Assembly: GCA_039810885.1 (NCBI GenBank)
Contig: JBDHXV010000007.1
Coordinates: 1,695-65,694, forward strand
Source: Chitinophagales bacterium
GTDB taxonomy: Bacteria; Bacteroidota; Bacteroidia; Chitinophagales; UBA10324
DNA: 64,000 bases
Direction of reading: 5' to 3'
This document shows, one piece after another, positions 19,737 through 26,608 of this stretch. The translations under genes were made by a program, and so were the position numbers. Positions within the stretch are counted from its first letter, which is position 1. Each line of letters starts with the position of its first letter. Below the pieces are notes generated by a model, which was given only the letters and a program-made list of their open reading frames with translations, made no database searches and was not told the origin of the DNA.

Positions 19737-19752
19737 TGTTTCACGTGAAACA
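19737..19752. promoter_or_regulatory. 16-bp perfect palindrome TGTTTCAC|GTGAAACA, second copy of the same core
   Basis: Read directly. Its centre is 35 bp from the first copy, it starts 2 nt after the ybeY stop codon, and it has no U-tract. Confidence 0.6.
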
Positions 19753-19753
19753 A

Positions 19754-20173
19754 CTAGTTCAACTCAATATTTAAATAGAAGTTCTCCTTTTGCCGCATTT
19801 GTTTAATGTCGTTCTTACTTTTATCCTTATAGCCGCATAGATGCAATATGCCATGTATTATAACGCGGTGCAACTCATTATGGAAAGGAACTTTAAAAAT
19901 CTTAGCATTATCTGAAACTCTATCAACTGAAATTAATAAATCACCGCTGATTACCTCATTGTTGCTATAATCAAATGTTATTATATCAGTATAATAGTTG
20001 TGCTTGAGGTGTTTTTTGTTATATTGAATGAGTTCTTTGTCGCTCATTAATACGACCGCTAAATTTCCAATCACCCGTTGTTCTATGTAAGCTAGTATTC
20101 TAATTCTGTCCAGGAGCTCTCTTTTCTTCTTAATACCCCTTAATTCATTGTTTAAGAAAAAGGATATAGGCAT
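19754..20173 (-). CDS. ybeY: rRNA maturation RNase YbeY
   Basis: Contains the zinc motif HGILHLCGYKD. Length is 139 aa. Confidence 0.9.
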   Translation of the reverse strand: MPISFFLNNELRGIKKKRELLDRIRILAYIEQRVIGNLAVVLMSDKELIQYNKKHLKHNYYTDIITFDYSNNEVISGDLLISVDRVSDNAKIFKVPFHNELHRVIIHGILHLCGYKDKSKNDIKQMRQKENFYLNIELN

Positions 20174-20586
20174 TAGTTGAAATAAAATATCAACCGCAAT
20201 GTGGAACCATTATTCAGAAATTCAACCTTATCCGCAAGGCTTTTTATTAAGAAGAGACCCCGACCGGTAATTTTCTCTAGATTATCCGGTGAAGTGGGGT
20301 CTGGTAAGTTATTATAGTCAAAGCCACTTCCACAGTCTGATACAATTGCAATTAATTGTTGTGTTGAATATTCAATGTCAAGAGTTACATTTTTGTTTAT
20401 GTCATTACCATTTCCATAAATAATCGCATTTTTTACGGCTTCTATAATTGAAACAAAAAGGTTAGCCCTAAATTCTTCTTTTAAATCCAATTCATTTCCA
20501 ATCTTGTCTAGTAATATTTCTACTAATACAATATTTGAAATATCAGAAGGAATTAACTTTTTGACTTTTTTTATTTCATCTATCAT
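20173..20586 (-). CDS. Small HATPase-fold protein, RsbW/SpoIIAB-like anti-sigma factor/serine kinase family
   Basis: Contains an N-box-like EAVKNAIIYGN, then DCGSGF and GRGLFLIKSLADKV. Its stop overlaps the ybeY start (TAATG). Confidence 0.65.
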   Translation of the reverse strand: MIDEIKKVKKLIPSDISNIVLVEILLDKIGNELDLKEEFRANLFVSIIEAVKNAIIYGNGNDINKNVTLDIEYSTQQLIAIVSDCGSGFDYNNLPDPTSPDNLEKITGRGLFLIKSLADKVEFLNNGSTLRLIFYFN

Positions 20587-20597
20587 ATACTTAGTTT

Positions 20598-23500
20598 CTA
20601 GTTTGGTATTCTATTAAAATATTCTTCTGTTAAGGATTTATAAAATGGTTTTAATCCGGGAGGCAAAGTACGATATAATTCAGTTTCTGTTTGACGCTTT
20701 TTAATATATTCTTGCAGCGATGGCGGTAGAATAGGGGTTAAATCTTTAGCCGTCTCCGACTTTCTTTTATCATCGGTATCTCTTTCTCGTTCTGACTTTT
20801 CGGCATCAAGTAATTTGGTTAATATTTCTTGTTGTCTTTTTAGCGTTTCAGTTGTAATGACCTTGTTTGCCAAATCGCGTTCTGTCTTATCCATCAAATC
20901 TTGTATTTGGTTTAGATTACCCAACCCGCTTTTTCCATCTTTATTATACTGCTCATTGAGTTGGCGGAGGGCATCTCTTATAGCAGATTGTTGGGCAGCC
21001 ATTTTTGCCAATTGCTCGCTCATACCGGAACCGTTTTGTTGCCCCGGTTTTTGCCCTTGCTTCATTTGCCCTTGCATTTCGGTTAGCTTATCATTAAGTT
21101 GTTTTTGCATCTGGGACATATTCGCAAGCGAGGGCTTTCCCTTGCCACCAGGCTTATTACACGATTGGTTCCCCTGCATCTTGGCATTCATCTCTTGTTG
21201 CATTTGTTTTAAACTTTCATCAAACATAAGTGCCAGGTTATTTAATGAAGTCATTATAAATTGTTGATTTGAGGCAGCTTGTGAGGAATATCGTTCTACT
21301 AAATTACTAAGTGCTTTTTCATTGTTAGTGTTGATAACATCTAATTGCTCATCAACATAGCTTTTAATGCTATACTGTCTTTTAGCTAAGCTCTGAATGC
21401 TGTCTTCTATCATTTTAATATCTTCTTTTACTCTGTTTTGATCTTTTATGAGTTGTACATATGAAGTTGATGTTGTGCTCACTTTCTTCATTTTCTTTAT
21501 AATTTCTTCTTGCTTAAAAGAAATACGAATAATGTTTTCTAAAATTTGCCGAATAGACTTCATATCTTCTTCCATCTGTTCTTTTTGCGCATTCTCCATA
21601 AAGTTCTCCATCGATTCAGCCATTTCTTTCATGTTTTTAGATGCATTCTTTTGATTATCAGTAGCTTTTGAATTGTTTCCTTTGTTGATTTCTTTAAGGC
21701 TCTTTTCTAAATTATTTGTTGTATTGTCAGATTTTTCATTCATATCCGGGAGATTCATCGGGTTTTCTAAATCGTTATTTAAGTCACCCAAATCTTTCAG
21801 ATCCTTCTTAATTTCTTCAAATTGTTTATTAATTTCTTCTTGTTTTTTACTCGTTTCTTCTTTGTTTTTTCCGAGTTGTGTTTCTTTTGATAACTCTTCT
21901 TGTTTATTTGCCAATTCTTTAAGGTTATCTTTTATGTCGTTAAACTTTTGTTCGAACTCTAGTTGTTTGAAGAGTGATAATAGCCGGTCTAGTTGTTTTT
22001 CAAGCTGTTCATTTTGCTTTTCGTTTGATTTTAATTGATCCAAGGTTGATTCTTTATTCATTTTCTCCATTAGGTCTTGAATCTTTTTTATCAACTCTTG
22101 CATCTCCGGAGAAAGAACTTGTTGTGCTAATTCATTTAACTGCTTTTGTTTCTCGGTAATTTCCGGATTCATTTGTTTTAATTCATTCATCAGATTATTG
22201 TTGTTCTGATAATCTTTCTGCATTTCTTGCAGTTTGTTATATAAGTCTTTTTGATGATTTAATAAATCATTGATCTTCTTTTTGTCTTCCCAATCCATAT
22301 TTTTCTTTTGCAACAAGTCTTGTTGTGATTTCTGTATGTCTTTATTAATATTTTGAATCTGAGAAATAGATTTTTCTAAATTTTTTTTCAACTGTTGATT
22401 GTGTTGGTCTATTAACTCGTTTAAGTGATTTTCAGAAGGAATATCAAGAATATATATGCGAGACTTGGATGACTTAGCTCCGTGAATGGCATCGTTGTCC
22501 CAAACTTCGAAGTAATAACTAATTTGATCTCCAGGCTTTAAACCAAGCGAAGAAAAATTAAAATAATAAGTGAATAAATCATTTTTACCTTTGATAGTCG
22601 ATACAGGCAAAGTCTTTTCAATATTGCGTTCAGGATATTCTTCATTCTTAATCGAGTATTTAAATTTAAGATTAGTGAGTCCGTAATCATCCGAAACAGC
22701 ACCAGAGAAGTAGTGAAGTCGATTTGCAGTGGTATCTATTATTTCATCTACATCAATAGACGGATACTGATCTTGAATAACATGAATAGAGTAACTTATC
22801 GAGTCATAAATATTGCTCTTGCCGTTTCGTGTAACAATTGAGTAAGGCGTTTCATTTAAAGCTTTATAAGAGACAGTAAAGTCATTATTTGATTTTTGCT
22901 GAGAGCGAGTGATGTTTGAGGGAAACAAAAGACTTAACTCATCAGTATTGTTGGTATTGAAAAGCCATCTTATTACTGTTCCTTCAGGTACACTTAAATC
23001 TCCTGTGTTTTTTACAGATTCATTAGTGAGTTGGGTGTAGGGAGGATATTGTAAATCAACAGTAAATGAATTGATCGTGGGTTTTCTGAGTGTATTTAAC
23101 TCATATTGCGTACTAGTAAATCTAGACGTTTTAAATCTAAACACCTTATTATTCTGAACTTTTGCAAAAGTGTATTCAAATATATTTTTCCCTTTTTTAG
23201 ACATTTTAACGTCAGAGCGATCTGTAACAATAAATAGCTCATCGGGTATTTGATTGCCTGTAATTTTAAGTTGCAGTGTGTAATCATTATTTTGAATAAC
23301 TTCAAGCTTACCGCTTAAGAATTGTATATTAAATGGGAATTCTTTTTCAAAGTCCGTCTGGTATTGGACGATACGTCGGGTGCTGTCTTTAATTATGTGT
23401 GAATTAGTGATATAAATAATAAGAAATAACAATACAACAGGGGCCAAGTATCGGAAAATATAGGTGTTGTTAAGTTTGAGATTAATTGCGTTAGTGAATG

Positions 23501-23939
23501 ATATTGGCTGCAACAAGATTGTTTTCTGAAGTATGCCGGCTTCTATGAGAGCTATATTTTGCGTTTGGTCCATTTCTTTTAACTCTAGGACACTTAATAA
23601 TCTGTCCTCAATTTCATGAAAGTGCTTCCCAATAATAATTGCTGCGTCTTTTGACGAGATTACGGGACCAAGCTTAAAATATTTAATGAGAGGTATGACA
23701 ACCCAATAGCTTAGGGAGGAAACAGCAAGAGCAATAAATCCCCAAAAGATAAAACTTCGAACTATGCTCGGCAGATAAAAAAAGTATTCGGATATGGTAA
23801 CAAAAAGAAAAGCAAAAAGGAGCGCAGCCGCTGCGAGTATGCATCCGCGAATCATTTGGTTTAAATAATATTTCCTGATAAAAGCATCGATACGCTGCAA
23901 TAGAGGTTGCATAGCCGGAGATGCAGTATTTGTTTTCAT
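20598..23939 (-). CDS. Large membrane-anchored coiled-coil protein (1113 aa), possibly DUF4175-like; function unknown
   Basis: Has N-terminal hydrophobic helices, a central beta-rich region, and about 500 aa of K/E/Q/N-rich heptad-like sequence. The DUF assignment is from memory only. Confidence 0.55.
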   Translation of the reverse strand: MKTNTASPAMQPLLQRIDAFIRKYYLNQMIRGCILAAAALLFAFLFVTISEYFFYLPSIVRSFIFWGFIALAVSSLSYWVVIPLIKYFKLGPVISSKDAAIIIGKHFHEIEDRLLSVLELKEMDQTQNIALIEAGILQKTILLQPISFTNAINLKLNNTYIFRYLAPVVLLFLIIYITNSHIIKDSTRRIVQYQTDFEKEFPFNIQFLSGKLEVIQNNDYTLQLKITGNQIPDELFIVTDRSDVKMSKKGKNIFEYTFAKVQNNKVFRFKTSRFTSTQYELNTLRKPTINSFTVDLQYPPYTQLTNESVKNTGDLSVPEGTVIRWLFNTNNTDELSLLFPSNITRSQQKSNNDFTVSYKALNETPYSIVTRNGKSNIYDSISYSIHVIQDQYPSIDVDEIIDTTANRLHYFSGAVSDDYGLTNLKFKYSIKNEEYPERNIEKTLPVSTIKGKNDLFTYYFNFSSLGLKPGDQISYYFEVWDNDAIHGAKSSKSRIYILDIPSENHLNELIDQHNQQLKKNLEKSISQIQNINKDIQKSQQDLLQKKNMDWEDKKKINDLLNHQKDLYNKLQEMQKDYQNNNNLMNELKQMNPEITEKQKQLNELAQQVLSPEMQELIKKIQDLMEKMNKESTLDQLKSNEKQNEQLEKQLDRLLSLFKQLEFEQKFNDIKDNLKELANKQEELSKETQLGKNKEETSKKQEEINKQFEEIKKDLKDLGDLNNDLENPMNLPDMNEKSDNTTNNLEKSLKEINKGNNSKATDNQKNASKNMKEMAESMENFMENAQKEQMEEDMKSIRQILENIIRISFKQEEIIKKMKKVSTTSTSYVQLIKDQNRVKEDIKMIEDSIQSLAKRQYSIKSYVDEQLDVINTNNEKALSNLVERYSSQAASNQQFIMTSLNNLALMFDESLKQMQQEMNAKMQGNQSCNKPGGKGKPSLANMSQMQKQLNDKLTEMQGQMKQGQKPGQQNGSGMSEQLAKMAAQQSAIRDALRQLNEQYNKDGKSGLGNLNQIQDLMDKTERDLANKVITTETLKRQQEILTKLLDAEKSERERDTDDKRKSETAKDLTPILPPSLQEYIKKRQTETELYRTLPPGLKPFYKSLTEEYFNRIPN

Positions 23940-23947
23940 AATCTATT

Positions 23948-23955
23948 CAAAAATA
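23948..23955 (-). promoter_or_regulatory. Candidate -7 box (TATTTTTG) for the 1113-aa gene
   Basis: Exact TAnnTTTG match, 8 nt upstream of the ATG at 23939. Confidence 0.4.
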
Positions 23956-24007
23956 AAATTAAGAAAACGAAGGGTAGTGGAGAATAGTTTTTATGGAAGC
24001 AAAAAAA

Positions 24008-24772
24008 TTAAATGTCTAAGATAAGAGATACGGGGCAATGGTCGCTATGAACGACTTCAGATAAGATATTACAGGAGGTAATTTTTGATGTCAGTTTGTC
24101 GCTGACAGCTTGGTAATCAATGCGCCATCCTTTATTTTTTTTTCGAGCACCTGCTCTATAACTCCACCAAGTATAGTTATGCGGCTCGGGATGCTCATAT
24201 CGGAATCCATCGGTCCATCCACTATCAAAAAATCGTCCCAGCCACTCACGCTCATCGGGTAAAAATCCTGATGAGTTTTTATTACCTATTGGGTCATGAA
24301 TATCAATAGGTTTATGGCAAATATTAAAATCACCGGAAATAACAACTTGATTGTATTCTTTTATTAACTGTTTGGAGTAGGGAAGGACATCATTTAAGAA
24401 TTGATATTTGAATTTCTGACGCTCGTCTCCGCTTGACCCAGATGGAAAGTAGGCGCTGATAAATAATACATCTCTTATTACGGCCCCCAGCCAGCGGCCT
24501 TCATTATCATAATCCTCAATACCTATTTGGAATATTGCCTTGTCCTGTTTGTGTTTTGAAAGAAGAGCAACGCCGCTGTATCCTTTTTTTATTGCAGGAG
24601 CCAATAAAACATTGTAATCAAGAGATTCAAACAATTCTTTATTAAATTGATTTTCATCGGCTTTAATTTCTTGTAAACAGAGAATATCGGGACTTTCTTT
24701 AGATACCCACTCAATGAAACCTTTGTTGATTGCTGAGCGAATGCCGTTGATGTTATAGGTGATAATTTTCAT
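24008..24772 (-). CDS. xth: Exodeoxyribonuclease III
   Basis: Contains MKIITYNINGIRSA, LCLQE and a C-terminal SDHCPV. Length is 254 aa. Confidence 0.92.
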   Translation of the reverse strand: MKIITYNINGIRSAINKGFIEWVSKESPDILCLQEIKADENQFNKELFESLDYNVLLAPAIKKGYSGVALLSKHKQDKAIFQIGIEDYDNEGRWLGAVIRDVLFISAYFPSGSSGDERQKFKYQFLNDVLPYSKQLIKEYNQVVISGDFNICHKPIDIHDPIGNKNSSGFLPDEREWLGRFFDSGWTDGFRYEHPEPHNYTWWSYRAGARKKNKGWRIDYQAVSDKLTSKITSCNILSEVVHSDHCPVSLILDI

Positions 24773-25545
24773 TATTCTAAATGATTTGATTTTTTAAAAA
24801 TCATAACATCAGTTGAATATGTAATGTGAGCCGGTTTGCGATTTACAGTAGCAAATTCGATAATACTTAGTATAGGCAGTGATAAATTGGGCAGCCATTT
24901 AAATCGTGTCCAGATTGATAAGGCATAGGATGGATATCGGAATACACGATTTGATTTAACTAATTGAAAACCTGCATTTTTCATTAGGTCGATATATTCT
25001 TGCTTTATTCGCTGATGATGAATGCTATCAATAATAATACTTGCATTGCTTCTGATTTGCTCAAAGAGAAATACTTCGCCGTTATCTTCTAGGATTCGAT
25101 TAAACTCTTTGAAAATGATTGTCAATTCATCATTGCCGGTATGTTGAAGTACCCAATAAGTAAATATCTTAGAAAATCGTTTATTACCATATTGCATGGG
25201 ATAGTTTGTCAGTAAATCATATACTATATTTTTATTTTGATGATTTATGTTGTTCGCAACACCTATCATTTCAGTTGATTTATCAATACCCACTATTTCT
25301 TTTACAAATGGTGCAGCATAGCTTGTTAGCCGACCCACGCCGCATCCGAAATCAAGCACTACATCCGAATGATTGAATCTCAGATATTTTTTTAATGATT
25401 GTTTGGTAAAATAATTTCTAAAAATGTTTTGATGAACAGTTGCCGGGCTGGTGTTGGCATCTAATACGGCGTTTTCGTTATTATGCGACAAGGCACGGGC
25501 GTTAAACTCCGAGATTACTTTTTCTTTATCTATGTGACTATCCAT
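24772..25545 (-). CDS. Class I SAM-dependent methyltransferase
   Basis: Motif I is VVLDFGCGVGRLT. Overlaps xth by 1 nt. Confidence 0.8.
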   Translation of the reverse strand: MDSHIDKEKVISEFNARALSHNNENAVLDANTSPATVHQNIFRNYFTKQSLKKYLRFNHSDVVLDFGCGVGRLTSYAAPFVKEIVGIDKSTEMIGVANNINHQNKNIVYDLLTNYPMQYGNKRFSKIFTYWVLQHTGNDELTIIFKEFNRILEDNGEVFLFEQIRSNASIIIDSIHHQRIKQEYIDLMKNAGFQLVKSNRVFRYPSYALSIWTRFKWLPNLSLPILSIIEFATVNRKPAHITYSTDVMIFKKSNHLE

Positions 25546-25594
25546 TGCTACTAAGCTGTTTAGATGTGTAAATGTAACCCTTGTATAAACCTTA

Positions 25595-26605
25595 TTAAAG
25601 GCCTGATATTTTTTTTAATAAAGACCAGATTTTATATTGTATGGGATTAGAAATAATATCAATTCTTGCTGAAGGAAGTGCTGCAGTTCCAAAATCATTT
25701 TTAAATCTGGAAATACCATATATAAATTTATTATTGTTGTTATAAGTAGCGTTTTCCATAGCTACCTGTCCAAGCATGTATCTCTCATATCCTAATTGTT
25801 GATATTGCATAGCGATATTCCAGTGTAACAGATGCCCTGCGCCAAGTTGGTTTTTAATATTCCCGCCGAAAGAATACATTGCATATTTACCATACTGAAT
25901 AACAAAAGCAGCACTTAAAACTTGTTTATTATGTTTAGCAAAAAACAACTTAACGCAGTTGTGTTTGGATAGCAACTCAAACTTTTTCCGTACAAAGTCT
26001 GAATTTGGAGCGCTTTCAGATTGCTGTTTATAGGTTTCATTTACAAGAGATAAGAATGATTCAATATCGTTATTACTAATGATTTCAACACCTAATTTAA
26101 GAGCCTTATTGATATTGCGACGGTGAGACTCCTTTATCCTTTTCCATAAATCCTCTTTACTAATTGTTAAGTCAAAGTATGCGACTTTAAATAAGCGAGT
26201 TTGGCGGGGATTTGATTTCTCGTATAAAGCAATATTTTCTATGCCGCCGTTATAACCGGAGGAATAGATATAAACTATTTTTTGAGTTTTGATATAGTCT
26301 TCGATAGCATCGTTTAAATAATGCATTGCGTCAGAGTTTCCGGGCAATGTAATTGCTTCTCCAAGCATACTTAAAGATGAACTTATCTTTTTATAAATCG
26401 GTAATTTCTTGCTGATATATTCAAAAGCCTTAATTCCAGCAATCAGGGTACCATCCTTGTATAGTTGAAAATAAACAGGGATTTGATTAAATAATACACT
26501 TGTGCCATCATAATAACTTGTTTGCAAGCAGTTACTGTTAAGCAGGCAGAGCGCATTCCACTCTTCAATATGTAGTGGGGTATGATAGGTGATTTTAGTT
26601 TCCAC
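25595..26605 (-). CDS. FemAB-family / GNAT-fold (Acetyltransf_6-like) aminoacyl- or acyl-transferase
   Basis: 336 aa. The patterns ESHRRNINKALKLGVEI and HLLHWNIAMQYQQLGYERYMLG resemble FemABX/BioF2-like transferases. Assignment is by pattern only. Confidence 0.55.
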   Translation of the reverse strand: METKITYHTPLHIEEWNALCLLNSNCLQTSYYDGTSVLFNQIPVYFQLYKDGTLIAGIKAFEYISKKLPIYKKISSSLSMLGEAITLPGNSDAMHYLNDAIEDYIKTQKIVYIYSSGYNGGIENIALYEKSNPRQTRLFKVAYFDLTISKEDLWKRIKESHRRNINKALKLGVEIISNNDIESFLSLVNETYKQQSESAPNSDFVRKKFELLSKHNCVKLFFAKHNKQVLSAAFVIQYGKYAMYSFGGNIKNQLGAGHLLHWNIAMQYQQLGYERYMLGQVAMENATYNNNNKFIYGISRFKNDFGTAALPSARIDIISNPIQYKIWSLLKKISGL

Positions 26606-26608
26606 CGA

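Noticed and set aside
20815-22159. Plus-strand ORFs (61-150 aa) inside the 1113-aa coiled-coil gene
   Set aside because: They are shadow frames produced by the K/E/Q-rich repetitive codon usage on the other strand, and their products are Cys/Phe/Ser-rich nonsense.
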